Of a stretch of 64,000 nucleotides of DNA, positions 29,627 through 40,200 are shown one piece after another. Source of the stretch: Fimicolochytrium jonesii (Eukaryota); NCBI RefSeq assembly GCF_025526975.1, contig NW_026515672.1:434001-498000 (forward strand), given 5' to 3'. The position numbers and the translations under genes were made by a program. The notes beneath the pieces were generated by a model. That model was given only the letters and a program-made list of their open reading frames with translations, did no database searches and was not told the DNA's origin. The stretch's first letter is position 1; every line of letters begins with the position of its first letter.

Positions 29627-31918
29627 ATGTTTGTTTCCCTTCAAAAAATTTCAAACAGTTCCTCACTCTTAACAACTATTGCACACAACCGCTTTCGCCA
29701 TAACTTTCAACCAACGCACGTTCTCAACATGCAAAAACGCCAAAACACCATGGAATTGGCTCCGAAGCGCATCAAAAAAGCCAAACGTACCGTCCAAAGG
29801 GCTGAACCGGGCTCTTTGAATGTGATCAATAACGAAGTGAATTGCAATGAAGACCATATCGACTTCCCAGTTGCGTTGGACTTGGACAATATTTTCGATA
29901 TCGATCCTATGAATTTGAGCATCGAGCCATTGGATTCTCCTTCGACTCAAAACACTCCGACGATCAACAAGCCCGGTCTCGTTGGCTTGCAGATGGATGT
30001 CAATCAAAGTGAAAACGTCATGATTGACAACCAAACCGATGTCAATAACGATCATCCCCAGGAACGTCTGGACGATGTGCCTGACCGAATCCTTCCGGGC
30101 ACTCCGAGTGTCAACCCGCCCGATATCCCTGGATTGCAGATGAAAGTCAATGAAAACGAAGAGATCCAGATTGACAACAACCAAATCGCCGCCAACAATG
30201 ATGACCCCCAGGAACGTCACAAATCTATCGATGGCAGCACCGCGCTTGTTTCTCATGAAGATCTGGCTTCTTCGCAGAAGGCAGGATCGACTCATGATAT
30301 GTTCCAGTGTCAATGCAAACCGTGCACTATCCGTGTTTCGTTTTGGGAATTTGGCCATGCTTTGATAGCACACATAAACCCGAAATCAACAGAGGACAAA
30401 AAGAAAAAGGGTCAATGGGTAACCCCTGCCGCCGAGTTCTTCGAACGGTTTTATGGGCATCTCATTCGATTGAACGACACCAAAGGCTTCGTACGATGGA
30501 ATCCTGCGACGCGCACAAACACCCACTTCGACAAAACAGCCTTCACCGCGTACGTTGGTCAAGTATTATTCGATTGTTTTAATACCACCGACAAGAATCA
30601 AAGCGAAGGCGCAAAGCATGAAATTGGTAAAGGAGCCAAGAAGGTTGTCGACATCATATTCGGACGATTGCGATGGAGGGAGGCTGAGGACGCCAAGCCT
30701 CCTGTGGACAACAGCCATCTGATCGCTTTCAGAAACGGCCTTGTTTACGACCGAAAAGTCGGTGAATATCGGGAGCGCACCGATGAAGACGGCGATATTG
30801 AAGCGTTTGACTATGATCTTGTTGAGTGGGATCCCGAGAAGTATCCCAAACAGCGGTACTTGTGGGATGCCTTTTGCAAAATGTGGCCTGACTCCTCCGA
30901 TCGTTTCTTCGGGCTCACCAATCTCAGTACCATCCTGGGAAGCAGACGCGGTCTTCGTGAACTGCTTATACTTTACGGTCCAAGTTCCAATGGCAAAAGT
31001 TTGGTTGGAAGATTGATGAAACTTATGACATGTTATCGGTTTCTGGGAGCGACCGCCAGCAGCCTACAAAGCAAACCGGGGAACGGAAATAAGCCGTCTG
31101 ACATTCACTGGAAAATGGGGCAAAAATCAACACTTATCACTTGGTTTTCTGAAGGGGATGAGAAGGATTTGTATTCCGGTTCGGCAGTCAAAATGGCTGT
31201 CGGAGGAGATTCTGCGTACCTTAGGAGGGCTTATGGCAAGAATGAAGAACTTACGATAACGGGATTGGTTGTTCTCGCTACAAATCATCTTCCATATTTC
31301 GATTGTGGACTCTACGACAACGATCACAGAGATATTACGGACAAGTTGGTTGTAATACCTTGCAAATCGAAGTTCGTCAGCGCTCATGAACATGAAGATC
31401 CGAGTCAACATGTATATTATAAGGACGGTGAACTCGACCGGCTCATCAACAACGAAGACCGGGACTTAGCGAGTGCCATGATGGCACTCATGGTTTCTTT
31501 GCATCACGATCATCTTCAAACGGAAGAATATCCATTACTGAGCAAGCCCGCGTCAGTGATTTCAGCGACTGCAGATTTAGTCACAAGAGTGCATCCGTAT
31601 CGAACTTTTGTAAAAGAAATGTGCGTTATTGAAGAAGGCGCCAAAATGCGACAATGCATGGCTATGGCGTGCCTCCAAAATTGGACAAAACAGCATCCAG
31701 TATGGCGCAAATGCTCACCGCGGACCCAGGATTTCAAGGCTTTCCTGCTTCACGCGTACCCTGCCGTCTCCTTTGGTACGAACCGACGAATCGACGGGGT
31801 CCAAACAACCGGGTTTTACGGGATCCGGTTGAAGGAAGAGGAGGGGGACAAACATGGAGGACGTGATAAGTTCCTACTGAGCGATATTGACATCCTATCA
31901 AAAGCCATTGAAGAGTAG
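29627..31918 (+). CDS. D5-like superfamily 3 helicase (763 aa)
   Basis: IAFRNGLVYD (D5_N-like), Walker A GPSSNGKS, WFSE, LATNHLP and C-terminal GFYGIRLK. Confidence 0.88.
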   Translation: MFVSLQKISNSSSLLTTIAHNRFRHNFQPTHVLNMQKRQNTMELAPKRIKKAKRTVQRAEPGSLNVINNEVNCNEDHIDFPVALDLDNIFDIDPMNLSIEPLDSPSTQNTPTINKPGLVGLQMDVNQSENVMIDNQTDVNNDHPQERLDDVPDRILPGTPSVNPPDIPGLQMKVNENEEIQIDNNQIAANNDDPQERHKSIDGSTALVSHEDLASSQKAGSTHDMFQCQCKPCTIRVSFWEFGHALIAHINPKSTEDKKKKGQWVTPAAEFFERFYGHLIRLNDTKGFVRWNPATRTNTHFDKTAFTAYVGQVLFDCFNTTDKNQSEGAKHEIGKGAKKVVDIIFGRLRWREAEDAKPPVDNSHLIAFRNGLVYDRKVGEYRERTDEDGDIEAFDYDLVEWDPEKYPKQRYLWDAFCKMWPDSSDRFFGLTNLSTILGSRRGLRELLILYGPSSNGKSLVGRLMKLMTCYRFLGATASSLQSKPGNGNKPSDIHWKMGQKSTLITWFSEGDEKDLYSGSAVKMAVGGDSAYLRRAYGKNEELTITGLVVLATNHLPYFDCGLYDNDHRDITDKLVVIPCKSKFVSAHEHEDPSQHVYYKDGELDRLINNEDRDLASAMMALMVSLHHDHLQTEEYPLLSKPASVISATADLVTRVHPYRTFVKEMCVIEEGAKMRQCMAMACLQNWTKQHPVWRKCSPRTQDFKAFLLHAYPAVSFGTNRRIDGVQTTGFYGIRLKEEEGDKHGGRDKFLLSDIDILSKAIEE

Positions 31919-31980
31919 TTTGTGGAAATATGCGTTACAATTGTAAATAAGTAAATAGTTCCTTGTACATATCAATTTGA

Positions 31981-32187
31981 ATGAATTTCAAAGAAACAAT
32001 GCGTCCTTGGTATCCAAAGCGCTCTCCTTCAGGCAAAATTAATTACCCGGAAGGAACTCGAAAATGCAAGACCGCTGAATGCCAATCAGAACCTATTCCC
32101 TACATCAAAAATCGGCCATACTGCTACGATTGTTGGGTCAAGTCAAAGGAACCTAAAGGTTTCAAGATAGAATTCGATTCGGATTGA
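31981..32187 (+). CDS. Small Cys-motif protein (68 aa)
   Basis: CKTAEC...CYDC, a possible zinc ribbon. Confidence 0.5.
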   Translation: MNFKETMRPWYPKRSPSGKINYPEGTRKCKTAECQSEPIPYIKNRPYCYDCWVKSKEPKGFKIEFDSD

Positions 32188-32405
32188 TCCAGATCATCTG
32201 ATTTCGAACTCAAAGGCTCCTTCAATGTCCTTTTGATGGTGATGTGTCTCCGCGTCCTGCATGATTCTACATTACCCAAAATTCGCGCAACAGTGGATGC
32301 GGCAATATCTAGTTTTCTAGCAAGATCACGGACGCTCCGGCCTGTGACAGTCTTGATTTCTCCATCCTCAAAGAGTGATGCAATATAGTTGTAAGGAATG
32401 TACAT
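32124..32405 (-). CDS. Small helix-turn-helix DNA-binding protein (93 aa)
   Basis: SVRDLARKLDIAASTVARIL fits an HTH pattern. Confidence 0.6.
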   Translation of the reverse strand: MYIPYNYIASLFEDGEIKTVTGRSVRDLARKLDIAASTVARILGNVESCRTRRHITIKRTLKEPLSSKSDDLDQSESNSILKPLGSFDLTQQS

Positions 32406-32510
32406 CTTTGTAGCAATAACGATGCTTCTTTATTGGTACATATATGTTTATTTTTGTTACTTGCGTTTAAATGCCATTTAAACTTCTAAGTGTATTCTTA
32501 GTAAAGCACC

Positions 32511-35024
32511 ATGTCTTCCAAATTTGCTGCTCACGTTGAATCCAAACCTATCAGAGACATCTATCATTTCAAGGAATCTTACTTCGGAGGTGTTCCCGAG
32601 TTCAATTGGACACTCGAAGAATACGAAAAGAAACATATGGAACACAAGTGCCTTACCGAAAACTTTACAAAATTAGGCGCCAATGACAAGATCAAATTGT
32701 TTGTCGATTTCGATCTGAGATTTGAGGAAGAATCCGATCTGCCCTCTGAAGAAGTCGAGACTGAAATCCGTAAAGGTGTTGATAAAGTATTTACCTCCTT
32801 GTATTTAAATGAGGATATTACTTTTCATTCTGCGTTCCGTACAATGGGATACGCTCCTAAGCACACCAAGGACAAAAATGGTAAATACGTCGAAACCGGT
32901 GGTGGATATAAAGTCTCTTATCGCCTATGGGCAGACGGTATGTATACGACCCGGAATGAAATGAAGAAGAAACTCAAGAAATTCATCCCAGATTTGTCCG
33001 ACTTCCCGGATGTTGTTCGAGACTACAATTTCAAGGATGGATTTTTTGATCTTTCTGTCTATGACAACAATCGGTCCATGGTGATGGTGGACAAAGTCAA
33101 AAATCGTTGGGATAACCGACTTCTCATCAAAAGCGAACCGGATGCACCGATCTCTTCGTATATCATTCAATATGTAGAGGCGGACTGGACCCCGGTTGAA
33201 TGGACAATTCAATCTGATAGTAGAAAGCGTCCTGCCAATGATGAATTTGTCCTGGTTCCGGACTCGGACCTTGAAGACCAACCGCAACCAAAGAAGAAAA
33301 AGGTCACTCCATCCCGAGGTGAAGAGAACGTGACTTCAATTGCTCATGATATTATTAGAAAGCATTACCCAAACGCTTACCTTCTACGGGATCTGAGTGA
33401 AGCGAAGATACTCGACCACGCTGTTACCGTATTCGTCAAGGGGAAATACTGCATGGTCGAGAAGGCTGACCACGAAGTGTCAGTCTCTAAAATGTACTTC
33501 ACTCTAACTACAAAGAGGCTCAAATTCAATTGTACTCACTGTAACGGAACCCGAAATTCAGAACATGGGGACAAACGTCTCGATGAGTGTTTCGACAACG
33601 ATGTGGAAATTGTAAAACCTGGTGAGCGCCTGAGTATCAAACGTGCTGCTCAAGTGTACAAAACCCATGACTATGAAGGAGTCATCATGTATCTGAATAA
33701 CTATTGGGCAAAAGTCACCGAGGAATCCTCCGTCTTCATTGCCTCTAGAACAACAATAGATTCACCGTGGCTTCTCAGAAAGCCGTCTGAATTTGAATCA
33801 GCCTTCGGCCATTTGAAGTTCACCTATTTAGAAGAATCTTTGGGAAACGATGGAAAAACCACATACACACAGCAAGTCTTCCCTTTGGTCGCAAACTGGA
33901 AAATTGATAACAAAATGCGAACATTCAGGCACGTGAAATTTAGGCCGGACCATGTAGGGGACCACGAAGACGAATACTTGAATCTCTTTCAGGGATTTCA
34001 GGGAAAAAAGTTGCTAGCATTTGATGAAGCAAAGTTCAAACTGCTTTTAGATCATGCCAAGAACATTCTCTGCTCAGGCGATGAGGAATTCTACTCGTAC
34101 TTGATACATTGGTTAGCGCATATAGTTCAATTCCCGGGACAAAAGACACAAACAGCACCGGTTTTCTTTAGCAAACAAGGGACGGGAAAGAACATCTTTT
34201 TTGACTTCTTCGCCAAATTCATTATCGGAACCGCTCATTCGTTTTACACCAATGATATTGATCAAGTTACAGGGAGGTTCAACGCGGCTCAAGCGGTCTG
34301 TATTTTCATGGTATGTGATGAGGTTACCTTCGCGGGTGCTCATAAACAGAACAATAAATTGAAAAGCATCATCACCTCAGCGCAAACAGCACTTGAGCGG
34401 AAAGGTCGGGACATCATCATGGTAGATTCTTGCCTCAACGCTGTGTTTCTCTCCAACAATGAAGATGCCATGCGGATTGAAAACACTTGCCGACGATACG
34501 GCGTCAAACGAGCGGCCTCCTCGCGGATCGGTGATGAGGTGTATTTCAAAACGCTTGGTGCACATCTGACACAAGAAGTTGCAGATCACTTTTACACATA
34601 TCTTTTGTCGCTGGATCTTTCTGATTTCAATGCGCGGAAAGTCCCTGATACCGAAGAAAAACGGGAGATGGCAGGATATTCGAGATCCCCTTTAGATCTG
34701 TTTATTGACGACATATTGGCAGGGAATATCGCGTACAAGGTAGTGAACGGACATTTCGTAGAAGAGGACATGGAGAGCAAGTGGGTTCCTGGACATACGG
34801 AATATTTTGAACTAGGTGTCTCATACGATTTAACAATGAATGAACTATTTGACCTGTTCACCACTTTCTGCAAAACCGAACAAGGTGGTCGAGTGGAGTC
34901 AAAATTGACCAAAGCCATTTTTTCAAAACGGATTAGAAGGATACTAAACATCGAGAACCGGTTGTGCAACAGACGAGGAGGAACCCCCATAACAATGGTA
35001 CTGGAGCGCATAGATACTGAGTGA
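32511..35024 (+). CDS. AEP primase(-polymerase)-SF3 helicase fusion (837 aa)
   Basis: KLFVDFD, SYRL and FDLSVY AEP-like motifs; C..H..C..C zinc site; Walker A SKQGTGKN, VCDE, FLSNN and RRY. Confidence 0.87.
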   Translation: MSSKFAAHVESKPIRDIYHFKESYFGGVPEFNWTLEEYEKKHMEHKCLTENFTKLGANDKIKLFVDFDLRFEEESDLPSEEVETEIRKGVDKVFTSLYLNEDITFHSAFRTMGYAPKHTKDKNGKYVETGGGYKVSYRLWADGMYTTRNEMKKKLKKFIPDLSDFPDVVRDYNFKDGFFDLSVYDNNRSMVMVDKVKNRWDNRLLIKSEPDAPISSYIIQYVEADWTPVEWTIQSDSRKRPANDEFVLVPDSDLEDQPQPKKKKVTPSRGEENVTSIAHDIIRKHYPNAYLLRDLSEAKILDHAVTVFVKGKYCMVEKADHEVSVSKMYFTLTTKRLKFNCTHCNGTRNSEHGDKRLDECFDNDVEIVKPGERLSIKRAAQVYKTHDYEGVIMYLNNYWAKVTEESSVFIASRTTIDSPWLLRKPSEFESAFGHLKFTYLEESLGNDGKTTYTQQVFPLVANWKIDNKMRTFRHVKFRPDHVGDHEDEYLNLFQGFQGKKLLAFDEAKFKLLLDHAKNILCSGDEEFYSYLIHWLAHIVQFPGQKTQTAPVFFSKQGTGKNIFFDFFAKFIIGTAHSFYTNDIDQVTGRFNAAQAVCIFMVCDEVTFAGAHKQNNKLKSIITSAQTALERKGRDIIMVDSCLNAVFLSNNEDAMRIENTCRRYGVKRAASSRIGDEVYFKTLGAHLTQEVADHFYTYLLSLDLSDFNARKVPDTEEKREMAGYSRSPLDLFIDDILAGNIAYKVVNGHFVEEDMESKWVPGHTEYFELGVSYDLTMNELFDLFTTFCKTEQGGRVESKLTKAIFSKRIRRILNIENRLCNRRGGTPITMVLERIDTE

Positions 35025-35026
35025 AG

Positions 35027-35845
35027 AATGTAATGTAATTTTGAAAAATGAAAGAATGTTCGTATAGGTGGATGTCACAGTAGAAGTATGAGTTTGTGTA
35101 CTGTGACATTTACTGTGACGGTCTCGACAAATGTAGTAAGATATTTTTTTTGTTTTTTAGAGAAGGAGAGAGTTTGATGGAGTTGGTACAGATGGTACAG
35201 ATGGTACAGTAGTTTTTAACTTCTTTAGAAAAATGGAATGGAAAAGGAAAAGGGGAGAAAAGAAATGAAAAGTACCTGTATCATCTGTACCATCTGTACC
35301 AAGTGTAATGACTCGGTGAAAAGGTCTCCATATGTAGTAATGGAAGAAGAGTATTCTACTAGATATGTCGAGTGTGCGAAGCGGGTGGTACAGGTGTAAG
35401 TGACACCTGTATCATATGTACCATCTGTACCAAGAGTTTTGAAAAGAAGAATGAGAAAAGGATGTCTCTTTTTGGTGGTGAGAGTTGGTTCGAAAAATGC
35501 CTTTTTGCCCCCCTACATAGAACAGGGAATGGGGAAGTAGTAGAAAGGTTGGTTGGACTCGACGCATGTAGGGGGGAAATTTGACTTTGCCCCCTTTCCC
35601 AAAGTGCGCAAGGGTGGTTAATGGCTGAAAGGCTTGTGCGGTTAATGCATAACACCGAAGGTGTAGGGTACATTGTTAATACATTACACCATACACCCGC
35701 CAGTACGGTTAATGCATTACACTTTCAGCAGCCGTTACGGTTAATGCACAGTGTTGAGTGGAGTCAGTACGGTTAATGCACAGTGCAATTGTATAGTGGA
35801 TCAGTGCATAGCATAAACCAATGGTTTATGCTATGCACTGATCCA
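35027..35845 (-). repeat. Right terminal inverted repeat (819 bp), including terminal palindrome 35797-35845
   Basis: Reverse complement of 11636-12454. Confidence 0.96.
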
Positions 35846-35850
35846 AGCGG

Positions 35851-36251
35851 CCTACGCCTTACGCATCAAACGGCCGAAGATCAGAACACCTCATATGCAA
35901 CATCTCGCTCTTTATCCGCGCAACGATCCTCTTTGCCCAGCTATGGCACTTTCTCGTCTCTTGCACTGGCACGCTGAACGCCACTCGCCCGCATACCAAC
36001 CTTTGTGGACGCTGGAAAATGGGACACACGCCACGTTAGCTTGGTTCGCGGGGATGTGGGCACACTTGGCCGGCATTCAACTGGGAGTTTCGTCGTTGCG
36101 GTCTGGAGGCGCTACGCAGTACGCATTCGAGGGATATCCGTTTGATGCAATACAGAGATACGGAAGGTGGAGCTCAGAAGCGTTTCAGCTTTACATCCGC
36201 TCGCACCCGCAGTTTTTAGTCGAGATCATGCTGCGGTACCATGGAAATTAG
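35851..36251 (+). CDS. Ngaro tyrosine recombinase, 3' part
   Basis: KRPK, LCP, SSLRSGGAT and GRWSSEAFQLYIR. Confidence 0.9.
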
Positions 36252-36384
36252 AGGAAACTAGAGGACAATGCTCGGTATTTAGCTGCCCATCCCCCTTCTC
36301 TCCGTTGTTCTGTATATCTGGTGTAAAGCGCGCGAATAAGAATTGATGTCTCGAATTCTTCGTTTACTGCTCGCCCGCAACGCC

Positions 36385-36567
36385 CTGCCCGTGCTCTGCA
36401 CTGCCCGCGCAAAGTCACAACTTGTGCTTTCGCAATGCCCTTAGCTCTCTGCCCGTGCTCTGCACTGCCCGCGCAAAGTCACACCTCGTGCTTTCGCAAT
36501 GCCCTTAGCTCTCTGCCCGTGCTCTGCACTGCCCGCGCAAAGTTACACTCGTGCTTTCGCAATGCCC
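36385..36567 (+). repeat. 64-bp tandem repeat, about 2.9 copies, in the Ngaro 3' non-coding region
   Basis: CTGCCCGTGCTCTGCACTGCCCGCGCAAAGT... starts at 36385, 36449 and 36513. Confidence 0.9.
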
Positions 36568-36737
36568 ATGCGGGCACACCGCCCGTGTTCTCACACTGCC
36601 TGGTTTGGATGCGCTGCTTTTACTTATCTCGGTTTTTAGGTTCGGGTCGAACATCGCCACGGACGCAGCCGGAGGAGGAGGCCCGAACATCGCCACAGAC
36701 GCAGCCGGAGGGGGAGTGATTCCGAGCGACCATGGAC

Positions 36738-36816
36738 GGTGTGAAGTCGCTGCGCAATACACATTCCCTCTCTCCGATTCTCGCTTGATACAATTTGCGG
36801 AAAGTGGACGAGGTCG
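36738..36816 (+). repeat. Ngaro split direct repeat B1 (79 bp)
   Basis: Matches 37018-37096 with one mismatch and directly abuts A2. Confidence 0.95.
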
Positions 36817-36977
36817 TTGTAGTTCGCACCGCGAATAAATCGACCAAGGACACGTGACTGCGGTGGGGTGTGGATGACAAACGTACTGAGCTTTACCTCC
36901 TTCACCTTTTCTTTCCCTTTTCTGCAACCCATTCCTTTCCCACGCACTGATCCGCAAATCGTAGACCTGTTTAAAAA
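36817..36977 (+). repeat. Ngaro split direct repeat A2
   Basis: Copy of 1576-1736. Confidence 0.95.
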
Positions 36978-37017
36978 CCCACCCACCTCCCTGCTTATTA
37001 TTGTATTATATATTAGT

Positions 37018-37096
37018 GGTGTGAAGTCGCTGCGCAATACACATTCCCTCTCTCCGATTCTCGCTTGATACGATTTGCGGAAAGTGGACGAGGTCG
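37018..37096 (+). repeat. Ngaro split direct repeat B2 (element 3' end)
   Basis: Copy of 36738-36816. Confidence 0.95.
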
Positions 37097-37265
37097 AAAG
37101 AGTGGGGCAAAACGCGGTTATCGACGCGAACTCCGCATCCTGTCAAAAAACAAACAAATGTAATTGCCAGCATCTACGCTCATGGAGAGGCATACCTGAC
37201 GCTCCACAATCAAACCAAAAAGAGCGGACCAGTTCTAACGACTCGCAAGCTTTGCCGCATTGCTC

Positions 37266-40200
37266 ATGAACGTCCGTCGCGCAAAACCTGCCGATGTCGC
37301 AGGCATCAATCAGCTCCTGCAACGCTCATCGCAGGCTGGTACCGACGAGCCCGCAGCCGCACTGAAACGTCGATTCGGAAAGCATTACAACGTTGCTGCG
37401 ATTGTGTATGTGTGGATAGTAGTGCTTTGATTCTTCAATATGAATCTCTGTTAACGGTTTGCCATCATAATTCCCAGAGATGCATCTCCGTTCAGCTTGG
37501 TCACCGCAAACGAGGACGGAAGTGAGATTCAGGGATTTTACTCTGTCACCAGTGGACCGCCATCATACATAGACGATGAGGGTAGCTCTGGGGAATTTGT
37601 TGGATCTGGGGCTACGGCGCGTGGGGACTGGACAGCCTGGATTAAGCGTTCTTATGATTGCCCAGACGATATGCAGGTGAGGGTAGACTGTGGTGCATGT
37701 TTCGGAATGGGCAAGCAGCTGACCGACGTTTGCGCAGATCCACAATACGACGTTCGTCAACTTCTTCCATGCTGAAAGCAGCCAATCCTCATCATTTCTA
37801 GATTCCTCTCTTTTATCAACCGTTCAACATCTGCCGCACATCCGATACATTTGCTATTTCCTTCCTGAGGGCAACGCACTCTTCGCTCCGTTTTCCATGC
37901 CCCGCATCAAATCATCCGATGGGCTGACATCCCGCGGAGCACAGAGTGCCAAAGACGCCAATGGCCGAAAAGCGGACGCAAAGTACTTCGCGGAAGTCGC
38001 GGCAACCAACAGCAGTTCCGCCTTCAAGTTGTTCGTGTGTGCTGCGGCGGACTTGCTGCCGAAGTTGAGGGTTAGGAATGCAAAAGTGGAGGATGCGGAT
38101 GATTTACTCCCGATGTTCAAGAAGCAGAGGGTTAGTCCATCACGTTGAGCGGACCATGTGCCCTATAACGCCGGTCTGATGCCGAAAAAATCACTGCAGT
38201 TGATCAACGACGATGAGGCGGACTACTACCTTTCAAGTCTGCTGGAATCGCAGACTGCAAATGTGAAGACTCTAGTAGCGGAGGTAGGTATAGTGGATGC
38301 TATATCTTATGAGGAACGACAATACGGAGGTCTAATCACGGTTTGTTTCCCAACTACGTAGGCCGATGGCGATGTTGTCGGCTTCATAACCATCAATCGA
38401 GACGTGCAGGAAGTTGCGCTCACCCATAACTTTCAGCTGGAGCCGTTTGATCTCTTGCTCAAAGGTGTGAAACAAGCTCTGGCCTCCCACTTTCTCCTTT
38501 TTCTCTTGAGCTGAAGTTTAGGATGTTCTGGCAGAGGCTCCACTTAAAAATCGACCGCTGACGACGGGCGTCTTGAGCGGACATAGTGGGAGTTCAGAGG
38601 GTACACCCTCCAGACCAACATCCGGACGTGCTGGGGAGGACAAGGATGCAGATGAGGAGGGTAGCGGAGCAAGGCAGGCCGAGCAGGCAGGCGGTGACTT
38701 GCTGGTCAGCCGACCTGCCTCCATTCTCAAGAACCCGCACACTCCGAAGGATACTTCCCGGCCTCAGTCAAGTACCACATTCGGTCCTACAACGCAGCCT
38801 GATGGATCACGATCGCATTCCGTACAACAGAACGTCTTCAATGGTTCACGTCCACTCACCGCGGCATCAGATAGCACCATGGAGTCTGACCAGCAGCCTC
38901 ATCAGGAGGAACCGCAAGGCTCCATCCCCAATGCGTTTTGCATTGAATTGTTCTCAATGGCAGATTCGTACGCTTCTCAAGCGATGGAGCTTGTACGTGC
39001 GGCGTACAAACAGTTCCCAGACTTAGATTACTGCGTGGTCACAGTCCCGACAACCATGCCAGAAGTTCCGCTATTTAGACAGTTTGCGAGGGTGTATGTC
39101 AAGACTGGAATGTCGGATCAGTAAGTGTTTGTGATACTGAGGACTCATCAATCTGGTGTGTTGTTGAATGGATTTCTCAACAACGCATCCCCAGAAACGC
39201 TTTGTACCTATCGAATCGTTTCGGGGTGACAGATGTGGTGAAGGTTGAAAAAGCGGCTGCAGAAGAAGCGGGCAGCATCGATTTCTTGTTGGATGGCGTT
39301 GCAGGCCGGGATAGCATCTTTTCCGACTACCAGACAGCAACGCAATCTCAGGGCTCGAAAGGTGACAACCTATAATACATCAGCAGTTTCTCAATCTCGC
39401 CGCTTGGGCTAACACCGGACTTTTCAAATCATTTGTAGCCAACCTGAACGCTTTCTCAATCACGTGCGCCCGTCAGATCATAGGTCTTGCGATCCTCGAG
39501 ACGTGCGCGGACGCCAAACAATGGACAGACCAGTTTGCGATTCATGACTTCGTCAATCCAAAGCTGCACAAGCTTGAAGGAAAGGCTTGCATGCTGAGAC
39601 ATTTTGTCATCAACCCGTTGTTTGAGCACGAGTCTCGATGGGTGTTCGAGGTAGGGAAACGGTGGAAGGGTATAGGTTCTCGACACAGACCTCTGAAAAA
39701 AAAATGTGAACTACATTTTGGGTACGAAGGAACTACTTCGCTTAAACGGAACCACATGCATCATGTATCCGCTTCAAGAGGCGACAAATGAGGATCCATC
39801 GACACGGAGGATCTGCGCACGGGAGATGGTCCCCGTCAAGCCCAGACGCGAGTACGTTGCGAGCTCTTGGTAGCCTGCGGGAACCATATGATGAATGACG
39901 AGCACCTCCCCCTAGGATCCAGTTCCCGAACAATATCCGGGATGGAACTCGCGTTCCCGCACCTCTGCTTTGCGCATTACAGCTGATTTCCACCAATCTC
40001 CTCTATGAACCAAAGGTATGGATTCTCTTGAATTCACAAGCAGAAGCCCTTCTAAATCAGTATATGATCAACAGATCACTGTCAACTCTCGAATAGTGAT
40101 CGTAGGAGGGTCGGATTGCGGCACTGCGGTGATAGAGAAGTTGATTTATGTACGTTCACTGGGCACGACGTTGAATTCATGCATCCGAGCTCATCATGTT

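Larger units (their letters stand above)
11636..35845. mobile_element. Endogenous Polinton-like virus (24,210 bp) without recognisable pPolB
   Basis: 819-bp TIRs, TG...CA ends, TSD AGCGG (11631-11635 and 35846-35850), densely packed intronless genes, capsid/ATPase/integrase module, visibly more AT-rich than the flanks. Confidence 0.93.
1576..37096 (+). mobile_element. Ngaro/DIRS-order tyrosine-recombinase retrotransposon carrying two nested insertions
   Basis: Split direct repeats in A1...B1-A2-B2 order flank gag-like, RT/RNase H and YR ORFs. ORF1 and the YR ORF rejoin in frame when each insert plus one TSD copy is removed. Confidence 0.93.

Noticed and set aside
11636..35845. Classification as a canonical Maverick/Polinton
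   Set aside because: No pPolB or adenain-like protease motifs were recognised, the TSD is 5 bp, and the ends are long palindromes.
11636..35845. Contaminant or misassembled viral contig
   Set aside because: The exact 5-bp TSD and in-frame restoration of the interrupted YR gene indicate a genuine insertion.
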